Below are positions 38,400 through 52,921 of a stretch of 64,000 bases of DNA, in pieces. The position numbers and the translations under genes were made by a program. The DNA is from Eledone cirrhosa (lineage: Eukaryota), in contig OZ024757.1 of NCBI GenBank assembly GCA_964016885.1, forward strand, positions 21,328,001-21,392,000, written 5' to 3'. Each line of letters starts with the position of its first letter. Position 1 is the stretch's first letter. The notes beneath the pieces are model-generated. The model made no database searches and was not told the DNA's origin. It saw only the letters and a list, made by a program, of their open reading frames with translations.

Positions 38400-39385
38400 A
38401 CACCCACCACACACACCACCACACACACCACCACACACATTACCACACACCACCACACACATTACTGCTAACATACACATCACCACACACCACCACACAC
38501 ATTACTGCTAATACACACACACTACACACACCACCACACACATTACTGCTAACACACACACCACCACACACATTAATGCTACCACACACACCACCACACA
38601 CATTACTGCTAACACACACACCACCACACACACCACCACACACACATTACTGCTAACACACACACCCACCACACACACCACACACACATTACTGCTAACA
38701 CACACACCATCACACACCACCACACACATTACCACACACCACCACACACATTACTGCTAACATACACATCACCACACACCACCACACACATTACTGCTAA
38801 CATACACATCACCACACACCACCACACACATTACTGCTAATACACACACCACTACACCACACCACCACACACATTACTGCTAACACACACACCACCACAC
38901 ACATTAATGCTACCACACACACCACCACACACATTACTGCTAACACACACACCACCACACACATTACTGCTAACACACACACCACCATACACATTACTGC
39001 TAACACACACACCACCACACACACCACCACACACATTACACACACCACCACACACATTACTGCTAACATACACACCACCACACACCACCACACACATTAC
39101 TGCTAATACACACACCACTACACACACATTACTGCTAACACACACACCACCACACACATTAATGCTACCACACACACCACCACACACATTACTGCTAACA
39201 CACACCACCACACACATTACTGCTACCACACACCACCACACACATTACTGCTACCACACACCACCACACACATTACTGCTACCACACACACCACCACCCA
39301 CATTACTGTTAACACACACACCACCAAACACATTACTGCTAACACACACCACCACACACACATTACTGCTAACACACACCACCAC
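38400..39385. repeat. Minisatellite cacacattactgctaacacacacaccac
   Basis: Direct inspection. Confidence 0.9.
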
Positions 39386-39572
39386 CCTCCTCTGTACCCC
39401 TCCCCCAATCAATAAAGCCATCAGTAAACAAACTATGAGGAAGTACAGGTATAAGTGAGTTAAGGGGTGGTGGGCCTGGGCCAAGGTATTAATACTACCT
39501 CAGTCTAATGATCTTGCATTGCTCGTCTCTAATAGATTACTAGCTCTATACGGACGTTTAAATTGATTAACA

Positions 39573-40329
39573 GGAGGCACATGGCTTAATGGTTAGAGCA
39601 TTGGCCTTGCAGTCGAAAGGTTGCGAGTTCAATTCTCAGACCGGGTGATGTGTTGTTTCCTTGAGCAAGACACTTTATTTCACATTGCTCCAGTTTACTC
39701 AGCTGTAGAAATGAGATGATAGGGACTGGGGTCCCTATCATTCCACTGCAAAGTGGGCGTGGAGGTGCCACGGAAAAAAAAGCACCCAGCACTCACTGTA
39801 AAGTGGTCGTGGAGGTGCCACGTCAAAAAAGCACCCAGCACTCACTGTAAATGAGGTTGGTGTTATGAAGGGCATCCAGCTGTAGAAATCAAGCCAGAAT
39901 CAGTTCCCGTCCCACCCTTGCAAGCAGGGAAAAGTGGACGTAAAATGACAATGATGATGATGATTTTCTCTGCTTGCAAGGGTTTGTGTCATCATCATCA
40001 TCATCATTTTACGTCCACTTTTCCCTGCTTGCAAGGGTGGGACGGGAACTGATTCTGGCTTGATTTCTACAGCTGGATGCCCTTCCTAACACCAACCTCA
40101 TTTACAGTGAGTGCTGGGTGCTTTTTTGCCGTGGCACCTCCACGACCACTTTGCAGTGGAATGATAGGGACCCCAGTCCCTATCATCTCATTTCTACAGC
40201 TGAGTAAACTGGAGCAATGTGAAATAAAGTGTCTTGCTCAAGGAAACAACACATCACCCGGCCTGAGAATTGAACTCACAACCTTTCGATTGCAAGGCCA
40301 ACGCTCTAACCACTAAGCCATGTGCCTCC
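39573..40329. mobile_element. Two full SINE family B copies tail-to-tail (39573-39963 plus, 2 units; 39989-40329 minus, 1 unit)
   Basis: Both have tRNA head, central domain and RTE tail. Confidence 0.92.
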
Positions 40330-40334
40330 ATGTG

Positions 40335-40383
<49 letters not shown>

Positions 40384-40579
40384 TGTATTTTAATTATGTC
40401 TCATATAAAATAATACAACTGGCTATCCTCAAAATACGTATAGTTAGCACCCCAAACGTAAAATTGGGATTATACTAAGGTATATCCTAATGTTTGTTGA
40501 GTGAGACGGAAGCCGGTCGGAGTATTGCTTAAAGCTTTCTCTGTTAATGTATTAAATATATATATATATATGTATATAC

Positions 40580-41047
40580 ACGACCTCACACACTTACACC
40601 TCTCCAAGACAATGTCACTGGACCGAGACCTTTGGCGGTACTCAGTAACAGAGAAGACCCGCCTTACCTAAATACATAGTAAAACCTACTACAGCCAGTA
40701 GGCATCTCTAACAAAATACCACCCCCCACCCCAACCACACTACCCCGTTCTATGTAAAGTTATGTTGGTGCCACACCATCCAGGCCGAAACAAATGAGAT
40801 CGTGTAGGTGTCACGACAAAAAAACACACAGTCCACGCTGTAATGTGGCCGTGTAGGCAACATGGTAAAAACCTCCCAGACCCACACTGTAAATGTGGTT
40901 GGTGTTAGGAAGGGCATCCAACTGTAGAAAACCTGCCAGACAGTCCTATGCGAGCAAAGCAATCACTCTTGCCTCAAGTGGGACTACCCCCGTCCAAACC
41001 CATGCAAGCGTGGAACACGGACGTTAAACGTTGATGATGATGATGAT
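40580..41047 (+). mobile_element. RTE-2 LINE 3' fragment
   Basis: Near-identical to 8876-9330. Confidence 0.9.
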
Positions 41048-43595
41048 ACACACACACATACACACATTATTCATAAAAGAGAATGTGATAGTGTTCACCA
41101 TTTTCAGTAGAATGATATGAAATCTAGGATTAAGGAAAGTCTCAGCAGACAATGGCACCAACCATGGATATCAGCTGGCACTGGAATAACTTCACAAGAT
41201 AGTCATTATTTTTTTATAATGATTCCTCAAAGACACTTCTTAACTTTGTAGTAACTTTGTGTTTGGAAGATGGCAAGGTACACTGTATATGTGGTGGTGA
41301 TGGTGGTGGTGATGGTGGTGGTGATGGTGGTGGTGATAGTGGCAGCAGTGGGGGGGGGGCTGGTGTGTGTGCAGTGGGGGGAGGAACCGGTGTGGTGTTG
41401 GGGTGTAGTTGATGTATGTATATATGTGTGTGGATGGGGGGGGTCTGGGGGGGGGGGGCTGGTGTGTGTTAGGGGAAGTGTAGTTGATGTATGTATGTGT
41501 ATGAGTCTTGTGTTTATGGAGGTGTTCTTGCTAGTGTGTGTGTGTGTGTGTAGGGGGGGGGGGGGGGCGTCTAGTTGATGTGTGTATGTGCACGAGAGTC
41601 TTGTGTTTATGGAGTTGTCTCTGTTAGTGCGTGTGTGCTTGTTTTTCTCTGTGTGTGTGTGTGTGTGTCTTGTCTTTACGGAAGTATTTGTGTTAGTGTC
41701 TGTATGTGTACTTTCCTTTATGGAGGTGTTTATGTTAGTGTATGTTAGTGTGTTAATGAACGTGTCTTTATAAATCTGTGTGTGTATGTCATTGCCTTTA
41801 TGAAGCTGTATGTGTGTGTATATGTGTATCAATGTGTGTGTGTGTATCAATGTGTTTGTATCAATGTGTGTGTATCAATGTGTTTGTATCCATGTGTGTG
41901 TGTGCATGTGTATCTATGTGTGTGTATATGTGTATCTATATGTGTATCAATATGTGTGTGTGTGTGTAGCAATGTGTGTGTGTGTGTAGCAATGTGTGTG
42001 TGTGTGTAGCAATGTGTGTGTGGGTGTAGTAATGTGTGTGTGTATCAATGTGTGTGTATATGTGTATCAATGTGTGTGTGTGTATCAGTGTGTGTGTGTG
42101 TGTGTGTGTATCAATGTGTGTGTGTATCAATATGTGTGTGTATATGTGTATCAATGTGTGTGTGTGTATCAATGTGTGTGTGTATATGTGTATCAATGTG
42201 TGTGTGTGTATCAGTGTGTGTGTGTGTGTGTGTGCGTATCTATGTGTGTGTGCGTGTGTGTATATATCAGTGTGTGTGTCCACAAATCTACAACCAGTTA
42301 CATTACATTGCACACATCAAAACATCCATTAATCTCTCTCCCTTTGTCCCCTACAGTCTTGTTAATCCTCTCCCACCATGCCACTCTAGTCATAAAACCA
42401 TTAAAAGTTCTCCAGATCACCATGACAACAGAAAAAAAGGAAGGCATCTGTTATTGTAGACTGGGATGGTCACGGTTGGAATGTCTTTTATCATAAGGTC
42501 TACCTGGTTAGAGGTGACCTGGGGCTAAATAACAAACAACAACAGTACCACTAACACTACAACCACCACTACAACCACCACCACCACCACCATCACCACA
42601 ACCACCACCACCATCATAATCATCACAAACACCACCACAACCATCAACACAACCACCATCACCATCACAACCACGACCACCACCACAACCATCAACACAA
42701 CCACCACCACCACCACACAACCACCATGACCATCACAACCACAACCACCACCACACCACCACCACCACAACAACAATCAACACAACCACCATCACCACCA
42801 CAACCATCAACACAACACCACCACTACCACCATCACCACCACCACCACAAACTCAACCACAACCACCACAACCACAACCACCACCACCATCAACACAACC
42901 ACAACTACCACAACCACCACCACCATCAACACAACCACAACCACCACCACCACCACAACCACCACAACCACCACCACCATCAACACAACCACAACAACCA
43001 CCACCACCATCAACACAACCACAACCACCACCACCACTACCACCACCACAGTATGCCAGCTAACTACTAGATTACCCACCCACCATAAACTAAACCATAA
43101 ATTCACAAGTAATAATAACAGCCCCCCCCCCACCCCCCCCCCCCCCCCCCTGCCAGCCATCAGTCCTAACTAATGGTTTGTGACAGTGAACACCATCATA
43201 TATCTTGCTTCTGTTACCACATCACATCCTCTTACTTTTAAAAAACCATTATATATTCTACACATCACATATATTATCGCTACATATGAAATATAATATC
43301 ATCATTTCACATCTGCTTTCACTGTTAGCATGGGTTGGATGGGTCTACATAGACCAAAACAGCACTGAAAAAGGGGTCTGCTGACCTCCCAGACGGGCAC
43401 AAGAGGTCTGTATACTGCTTGGGTAGGGCTATACTGAGTGCAGGGGAGAAGTGTTTTGACACAACAAACTCAAGGGTTTTCCCAACCCCTGGTTTGGCAA
43501 GGTTTCTATGGCTGAATGCCCTTTCTAACACCAACCACTTTACAGTGTCTAGGGGGCACTTTTATAATATATATATATATATATTTTATATATAT

Positions 43596-43928
43596 GGAGG
43601 CACATGGCTTAGTGGTTAGAGCATTGGCCTTGCAATCGAAAGGTTGTGAGTTTCAATTCTCAGACCGGGTGATGTGTTGTTTCCTTGAGCAAGACACTTT
43701 ATTTCACATTGCTCCAGTTTACTCAGCTGTAGAAATGAGATGATAGGGACTGGGGTCCATATCATTCCACTGTAGAGTGGTCGTGGAGGTGCCACGGCAA
43801 AAAAGCACTCAGCACTCACTGTAAATGAGGTTGGTGTTAGGAAGGGCATCCAGCTGTAGAAATCAAGCCAGAATCAGTTCCCGTCCCACCCTTGCAAGCA
43901 GGGAAAACGGGACGTAAAATGATGATGA
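43596..43928 (+). mobile_element. SINE family B (1 unit)
   Basis: Full-length match. Confidence 0.9.
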
Positions 43929-44264
43929 TATCTTGTTTGATCGTTATACCAAAAGCTTAATGAAAGCAGGCAGTATAATTGATTTAGGTGTCACAGAAAC
44001 CTCCCACTGGATTATACCATCAATTTCCAGGAGGTCCAGGTAAATTCTTTTGTTTAACCCGTTTAGCTTGATTCGTTTATTTGGCTCCAGTGGCTGATAG
44101 CTTCATGACCGCCATTTTCAGTTCGTATGGCCTCTATAACGTATGTTAATTGCTCTGGTCTTCTTTTAGTCCATTGAGCGCTTGCTGCATATCTCGAAAA
44201 TTGCGTTTCGCTTTGTTTTTGACTACAGCCGAAATTATATTTGTAAATATATATATATATATAT

Positions 44265-44431
44265 CCACACTGTAAATGTGGTTGGTGTTAGGAAGGGCAT
44301 CCAACTGTAGAAAACCTGCCAGACAGTCCTATGCGAGCAAGACAATCACTCTTGCCTCAAGTGGGAATACCCCCGTCCAAACCCATGCAAGCGTGGAACA
44401 CGGACGTTAAACGTTGATGATGATGATGATG
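44265..44431 (+). mobile_element. RTE-2 3' UTR terminal fragment
   Basis: Matches 9162-9330. Confidence 0.88.
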
Positions 44432-44601
44432 ATATATATATATATATATATATAACAACTAGTTATCACTCTTCATGGCTGAATACAATAAATGTAATCT
44501 GAGTTTTTTGAATATTAATATAATATTCGATTCGTTTGCAATTATGCAAACAGCCTCTTTTATAAGCCATGTCACTAGAATGAGCCCCTCATTCTCACTC
44601 T

Positions 44602-44756
44602 TGTTTCGACGGCTATTACTGGACTAAATAGCCGTCAGAACGGCTTGAGCTCTGCCGTCGGAGTCATACTTTCTCCTATTACCCACTCTACTACCCTAAG
44701 TATTGAGTACTCTGGTGCGTTATGGTCCATCTGGTTCCTCACCCCAACTCCTTCGT
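44602..44756 (+). mobile_element. Family H1 element, third copy
   Basis: gtttcgacggctatt...aatagccgtc-agaa-cggcttgagctctgccGTCgg plus the shared 3' flank. Confidence 0.65.
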
Positions 44757-45184
44757 TATATATATACATATATATGTTGTTTGTTCTGCCCTACACCATC
44801 TTGTGTAGGACAGAACAAAGGAGGGACACAAAATAAAAACCTAGTCACCGAGGAGGTCACAGAATGTGTGATGAAAGAGCTTTGACAATATATAAACATT
44901 CATCTGATTATATATATGTTTATGTATTTGTTTTGCAAGATCGTGTGTTGAAAGAGATATTGTTATATTTTCGAAAGACAAGATGGCGGAAACAGAATAA
45001 TACGAGGAAGAAGAGATACAGAAGAAAAACAAATAGTCATTGAAGAGGTCACAGAATGTGTGACAAAAGAAATTTCACAAAATAACCAACGATTAATGAT
45101 AATAAAACTAAAGTGAAAGTCAAATACTGCATGTGTTTTTATTGGAAAAATTGGCAAATTGGCCATCCCCAAATATCATCTCGG

Positions 45185-45598
45185 TGAGTTCAAATCCCGC
45201 CGAGGTTGACTTTGCCTTTCATCCTTACGGGGTCGATAAAATAAAGTACCAGTAATGCACTGGGTAATTGCTGGCCTTGTGCCTAAAGTAGAAACAATTA
45301 TCATCATCATCGTTTAACATCCATTTTCTACACTAGCATGGGTTGGACAAGTCATATCCGATGACAGTATCTTGTTCATACAGAACTGTTTCTGGCTGGG
45401 TGTCCTTTCTAATGTCAACTACATTTACAGTTTAGACTGGGTGCTTTTTATCGTGACATCAAAATGACCAACTGACAGGTTGGACTGGGTTCTTTTTCCT
45501 TGTGTCACCAACAGGACCAGCTTATATGGTGAGCAGGTGCTTTTTATTATGCCATCAACCCAACCACCAGACAGGTGCTTTTTATTTTGTCACCAACA

Positions 45599-45650
<52 letters not shown>

Positions 45651-45900
45651 AGTAGGCAGGAATGAAGTATCAATTTAACACATCTTATACGTTTTATTCT
45701 CATATGACATGTGTTTCACAAATAATTGTTTCTACTTTAGGCACAAGGCCAGCAATTATCCAGTGCATTACTGGTACTTTATTTTATCGACCCCGTAAGG
45801 ATGAAAGGCAAAGTCAACCTCGGCGGGATTTGAACTCAGATCGTAAAGGGACGTAACTATGCTGGAAAGCATGGCGTCCGACCCTCACCGATACTGCCAA
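45185..45900. mobile_element. SINE A (45185-45300 plus; 45722-45900 minus) around a diverged SINE B-like fragment (45300-45600 minus)
   Basis: Family matches by eye. Confidence 0.75.
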
Positions 45901-46267
45901 TATGTGTTTCACAAATAATCAGCTCAAAGTATGCTCAACCATTTATAATGGTACCAGCTAATTATAATCAATCGTACATTGAACTATTCAGGAAGAATAA
46001 AACATCCAAAGATGTTAAATTGATACTTATATGTTACAATAGGCACACCATATCCTTGCATCTTGTAGGAAACAACTACTAAAAGGGTGAACAACAGCCT
46101 CACAAAGTTCCATCCAACCCATACCAGCATGGAAATGTCGATGTAAAGACAATGATCATAATTGTTATTAGTGATAATGATGATTGGTAATGATGATGAT
46201 GGTGGTAGTGGTGCTGAAGATAATGATGTTGAAGTTGATGATGATGACAATGATGATGATGCTGACA

Positions 46268-46301
<34 letters not shown>

Positions 46302-47091
46302 CAAAGCGAAATATTTTATCAAATAAGAAAATCAAATCTTATTTGTCTATTTCCCCTCATTGATCAGTCTGATTAGTTTATTCAATAAGATTACTGTTAA
46401 CACTTCATACTTAAAGTGGAACAAAGGGAGTGTTGTTGTTGTTTGTGGTTGTTGTTGTTTGTGGCTTGCAGCAGTTTCACATCTCTTCAAACACTTCCTT
46501 CTTATCAGTTGAAACAATTACTTGATTGAAAATCTGATTTCCTAATTAGTAAGAGAAAAATCAGATGGTTTAAAAATTACATTACACAATGTGTGTACAG
46601 TCCTATAACTCCTGGTGCTGTAGGGGGTGGTGTAGTGGCATACGGTATGTCTTGGACATTTCTTTAAACTCTGGTGGAGCCCACCACCTCACCAGGTTTG
46701 AATGAATACAGCCAATTTCTTCCAGAGAGGGAGAGAAAGGGAGCTAGAGAGGAATTGTGGAAGAGATATAGAGGGAGATCCGATCCCAGTATTGGACTGC
46801 TATTTATTTTAGTGACCCCCAAAAGATAAAAAGGCGAAGTTGACCGCAGCAGGATTTCAACTCAGAATGTAAAGAGCCAGAACAAATATAGCACTGGTAG
46901 TTTATCTGATGCTCTACCAATTCACTAAGTTATTAATTATTAAGATGATATTTGAACATAACTTAACCAGTGCTTCACTTACCTATAAGCTAAATAAGCC
47001 ATAGCTGAGGGTCACACACTCTCAGGGGCCTCATTTTAAAAATTTATCTTTATTTTATCATTAGTGTTTATCCTTTAACAATAAATCATAA

Positions 47092-47137
<46 letters not shown>

Positions 47138-47869
47138 TATAAATCAAAGTTGTAGTTGCTATATAGCCGGTTCCAATCGAGTTGTTTGAGCCAATCACAA
47201 AGCACTCAATGGATCAATAAGTCATTATCGTCCAGAGTAAAACACAACAGTGAAAAGGTGAGACACCAAGAAAACGACCGAATGCAGTGGCCATACATAT
47301 ACCACAACATTCATGTATAATAATTTATAATGTTTTCACCCAAATTCTTTTTAGAGAAAGGCCACACATTTCATATAGCTTAGGGTCTTAGCAGGTGAAA
47401 GTCAGGTCCAGAATTTAACAAACAGGTCTTGTGAATCAAACACCTCTTTGTAACCACAAAGCCTCCACTGATAGCCAAAATTATGTCAGTGGTCATAATG
47501 AAAGACTATATGAATGAATTACACATGTTTAACCCTTCAGTGACTATAGTTTTACTGGAACACAATGATACAATAGAGTATTTCTTAAAGTAGGTTCTAC
47601 AAAACAATTCTGTTAAAAAAATGAGCTGTTTTTTGGGTGGCGTTTTTTTTAAATATAATTTAATAGAAATTTATCTAATTTTATATATTTTTATAACCAA
47701 GAATCATTAAGTTGAAAACTGAAACTTGGTTAAGATATACCAAGAAAATTTCAATCTCAATGGGTTTCTACAATCCACAGAATACATATATATACATATA
47801 GAATACATTGATTCAGTAGAATCCATTGGGTAACTCCATCCAAGATATTCAACTAATGAAGGACACAAA

Positions 47870-48743
47870 AATGGGGTCCCTATCATTCCACTGCAAAGTG
47901 GTCGTGGAGGTGCCATGGCAAAAAAGCACCCAGCACTCACTGTAAAGTGGACGTGTAGGTGCCACGGCAAAAAAGCACCCAGCACTCACTATAAAGTTGT
48001 CGTGGAGGTGCCACGGCAAAAAAGCACCCAGCACTCACTGTAAAGTTGTCGTGGAGGTGCCACGGCAAAAAAGCACCCAGCACTCACTGTAAAGTGGTCG
48101 TGGGGGTGCCATGGCAAAAAAGCACCCACCACTCACTATAAAGTTGTCGTGGAGGTGCCACGGCAAAAAAGCACCCAGCACTCACTGTAAAGTTGTCGTG
48201 GAGGAGCCACGGGAAAAAAGCACCCACCACTCACTGTAAAGTGGTCGTGGGGGTGCCATGGCAAAAAAGCACCCAGCACTCACTGTAAAGTGGTCGTGGG
48301 GGTGCCATGGCAAAAAAGCACCCACCACTCACTATAAAGTTGTCGTGGAGGTGCCACGGCAAAAAAGCACCCAGCACTCACTGTAAAGTGGACGTGTAGG
48401 CGCCATGGAAAAAAACGCCCTCTGCACTCACTGTAAAGTGGTCGTGTAGGTGCCACGGCAAAAAAGCACCCAGCACTCACTGTAAAGTGGACGTGTAGGC
48501 GCCATGGGAAAAAACGCCTTCTGCACTCACTGTAAAGTGGTCATGGAGGTGTCATGGCAAAAAAGCACCCAGCACTCACTATAAAGTGGATGTGGAGGTG
48601 CCACGGCAAAAAAGCACCCAGCATTCACTGTAAATGAGGTTGGTGTTAGGAAGGGCATCCAGCTGTAGAAATCAAGCCAGAATCAGTTCCCGTCCCACCC
48701 TTGCAAGCAGGGGAAAAGTGGACGTAAAATGATGATGATGATG
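47870..48743 (+). mobile_element. 5'-truncated SINE family B with 15 tandem 49-bp units
   Basis: ggggtccctatcattcc + array 47888-48630 + RTE tail. Confidence 0.92.
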
Positions 48744-49999
48744 AATAACAGAAAATATCTAATCAAATTATTTTAATGTTACGTTTGTTATTGTCTGTAC
48801 CCCACCCCCAGTGCTGGCCTCCCACCCCAGGTTAATTACTGATATAGGGACTCCCTTGTACTTTTACTAGGCTACAATTTGACTTGATTGACTATAAAGA
48901 TTAATTGATGTAGAAAGTTAATGACAAGAAGGCTTCATGTTGTTATCAGTGGAAATAGGGGGAATACAGATGTCTTCTCTTATCAACTCCACTGGCTTCT
49001 ATACACATATACACACACATACATACATATACACACACATACATACACACACACATGCAAACATGGATACATATACACACACATACATACATATACACAT
49101 ACATACATACATACACACACATGCAAACATGCATACATATACACACACATACATACATACACACACACACACACATACACATGCAAACACAGATACATAT
49201 ACACACATACATACACACATGCAAACATGGATACATATACATATACATACATATACACACATACACACATGCAATCATGGATACATATACACACACACAC
49301 ACATATATACAAACATGGATACACATACATACACACACACACACACATGCAAACACGGATACATATACACACATACACACACGCAAACACGGATACACAT
49401 ACATACACACACACAAAACACGGATACACATACATACACACAAACACACAGACATGCACACATACACACACACACACGTAAACCACACACATACACGCAT
49501 GCAAACACAGATACACCACATACATACACACACACACACACGTAAATACACACAAACGTATATGCACACACACATACAAACAGACACACATATACACACA
49601 TAAACACACCTATTGATGATTCATTCAATTTATACTATTTCATATTTGGGGTTGGGGGGATGAGGGGCTGAGGGGGTGACGGCGAGGGGGGTGCTTTATT
49701 AGATAGATATTTCCTTTTTCCTTGATCTTTAAAAAAAAAATCTTTCCTGTTAAACAATGTGCGTCTGTTTTGTTGAAATATTTCTCGTATTTTAGTGTTA
49801 AAAAGTATTGAGTACTACCATGTTGGGGGGGGGGGGGGGATTTGAAAAAGAAAATGGAAGAGGATGGGTGGATTAGGATCAGGAGGAGGAAGATGAGGAG
49901 GAGGAGAAGAAGAAGAAGATAACCAAAGAAATGATGTAAAATATAAAATTTATTCCTGTTTCTCGTTTTTTTCATTTTCTGTAAATATATAGACATTGT

Positions 50000-50173
50000 T
50001 ATAGAGAGGGTGATAAGAGAGAGGAGGAGGGAAAGGAAGAGATAGAGAGGGTAGAGTGGATGTGAGAGGGACAGACAGAATGATAGAGGGAGAGAGAGAG
50101 AGGAGGAGGAAGAGAAGAAAGAGGGAGAGAGAGGAGGAAGAGAAGAAAGAGGGAGAGAGATAGAGAGAATGAA

Positions 50174-50213
<40 letters not shown>

Positions 50214-50563
50214 TGATAGAGAGAGGGTGAGAGAGAGAGGAAAGAGTGAGAGCGTGGGAAAGAGAGAAAGAGAGGAGGAGATATAAGGAATAGTGGAAGA
50301 GAGTGAGAGAGAGAAGAAATAAGGGATAGGGGGAGGGGAAGAGAGAAGAAGTGAGAGAGAGGGAAGAGAGAGAGGGAAGAGAGATAGGGAAGAGGAAGTG
50401 AGAGAGGGAAGAGAGAGAGGGAAGAGGAAGTGAGAGAGAGGGAAGAAGAGGAAGTGAGAGTGAGAGAGAGGGAAGAAGAGGAAGTGAGAGAGAGAGAGAG
50501 AAGAGGAAGTGAGAGAGAGGGAAGAGAGAGAAGAGGAAATGAGAGAGAGAGAGAGAAGAGGAA

Positions 50564-50600
<37 letters not shown>

Positions 50601-50830
50601 AATTGAGAGAGAGAGAGAGGGAAGCGAGAGAGAGAGGGAAGAGAGAGAAGAGGAAATGAGAGAGAGAGAGAAGAGGAAATGAGAGAGAGAAGAGGAAGTG
50701 AGAGGGAAGAGAGAGAAGAGGGAAGAGAGAGAAGAGGAAATGAGAGATAGAGAGAGAAGAGGAAGTGAGAGAGAGAGAGAGAGAAGAGGAAGTGAGAGAG
50801 AGCGAAGAGAGAGAGGAGGAAAAGAAGAAG
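50000..50830. repeat. Polypurine (GA/GGAA) tract
   Basis: Almost exclusively A/G on the plus strand. Confidence 0.95.
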
Positions 50831-51118
50831 AGACTGTAAGGTGAGAATAATTAAAATCTTTCTTTATCAATATTTTCATCCAAAATCTTTGATCCAAAAT
50901 TAGATTTCTTTGAAATATAACACCTAAGAATAAAATGTCCATAACTTCTGCCTCGTTATCTTACATTTTAACCCTTTCTTTACCATATTTCTAATAAAAG
51001 GCACCGCCTAAGCATAACTTATCCATTTCATTACCATATTTCTAATGAAAGACACTAGATATGGTTTTCAAATAAGTTTGAAAATATTCAAGAATTTGGA
51101 AAGATTTAGTAATATTCA

Positions 51119-51707
51119 GTAATTGTTTCTACTTTTGGCACAAGGCCAGCAATTACCCAGTGCATTACTGGTACTTTATTTCATCGACCCCATGAGGATG
51201 AAAGGCAAAGTTAACCTTGGTGGGATTTGAACTCAGAATGGCAAGGGACGTAACTCTATGCGTCAAAGCATGGCGTCCGACCCTCTGCCAATCCACCGCC
51301 CATATTCAGTAATACAACTAACTCATTATTAAGCTGGTGGCAGTATCGGTAGAGGGTCAGATGCCATGCTTTCCAGCATAGTTACGTCCCTTAACGATCT
51401 GAGTTCAAATCCCACCGAGGTTGACTTTGCCTTTCATCCTTACGGGGTCGATAAAATAAAGTACCAGTAATGCACTGGGTAATTGCTGGCCTTGTGCCTA
51501 AAGTAGAAACAATTATTATTATATGATTGACAGTATCGGTAGAGTGTCGGACGCCATGCTTTCCAGCATAGTTACGTCCCTTAACGATCTGAGTTCAAAT
51601 CCCGCTGAGGTTGACTTTGCCTTTCATCCTTACGGGGTCGATAAAATAAAGTACCAGTAATGCACTGGGTAATTGCTGGCCTTGTGCCAAAAAATAGAAA
51701 CAATTAT
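51119..51707. mobile_element. Cluster of three SINE family A copies (51119-51302 minus; 51337-51517 plus; 51524-51707 plus) inside an AT-rich MITE-like repeat
   Basis: Family A matches; short direct repeats (atattcagtaat; attattaagctggtg) flank the insertions. Confidence 0.85.
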
Positions 51708-52921
51708 TAAGCTGGTGTTTGGAACATAACTCAACCCTTTCATTACCATATTTCTATTGGCACTGCCAATACTTTTCAAATAATTTTTTAAATGATCAAC
51801 ACTTTGGAGGGATTTAGCAAAGTAGCCAACTTTCTCTAACAATTTTGTTACCATATTTCTAATAAAAGACACTGGCTATGATTTAAAAAAATAAATTTGG
51901 AAGAATCTAGTAATATAACTTTCTCATTATTAACTGGTTTTTGGAACATATCTTAACCCTTTCATTACCATATTTCTAATGAAAGACATTGCCTATGATT
52001 TTTCAAATAATTCTAAAAATAATCTAGAACTTGAAGTGATTTAACAATGTAGCTAACTTTCTTGTTATTAAGACGGCTTTCTCGTTAGTGAAAAAGCTTT
52101 TCAAATAATTTTGAAAATAATCAAGAATTTGGAAGTATTTAGTACTATAACTAACTTTCTCATTACTTTATGGTGTTTCAAGCATGAAATAATATTATGA
52201 TGGAAGGTTTTTACATAAATATAAACAATTTAAATCTTATGCTACCATATTTCTAATAAAATACACTGCCTACGTTTCTGAAATAAATTTTGAAAATATT
52301 CAAGAATTTTGAGGGATTTAGTAAGAGAACTAACTTTCACATTATCTAGAATAAAGTGGAGGATTGGCAGACTGAGATTCATCATCACCATCATCATCAT
52401 CATCTTCGTTTAACGTCCATCTTCCATGTTAGCATGGGTTAGACGAGAGTTGTCCCACTTGAGGCAAGGTTGGTCGGGTGACCGTGTCTCACTCATATAG
52501 GACTATCAGGCAGGTTTTTTACGGCTGGATGCCCTTCCTAACACCAACCACATTTACAGATTTTGGGAGAAAATTACATTCTAAATTCATTGCCTATCAT
52601 CCGTTGAGGGTTGATAAAATAAGGTACCAGTGCTATACTTTGGTTCATGAAATTAACAATCCACTCTATACAAATTAGTTGACCTTGTGCATAAATGTGC
52701 AGAAATGTTTATTTTGAGTATATTTTTGACTGGTCACCTTCCTGGTGGCCAGGTTGTAATGAAAAGGAAAGATTTCCTCATCCTTTGAATTGTAACAATG
52801 TTTTACAGTTTTTAAGTTCCAGATACCATGGCCATTTGTAGCTACACATACATACATGTATGCATACCTGTCTGTCTATATGTATGTATGTCTGTATGTA
52901 AGTATATAAATATGTATGTAT

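Noticed and set aside
47888-48630. CRISPR-like appearance of the 47-49 bp arrays
   Set aside because: Units are contiguous tandem repeats without unique spacers, in a eukaryotic context with no cas genes.
49950-50942. 330-aa Ser/Leu ORF
   Set aside because: Antisense translation of the GA-rich tract.
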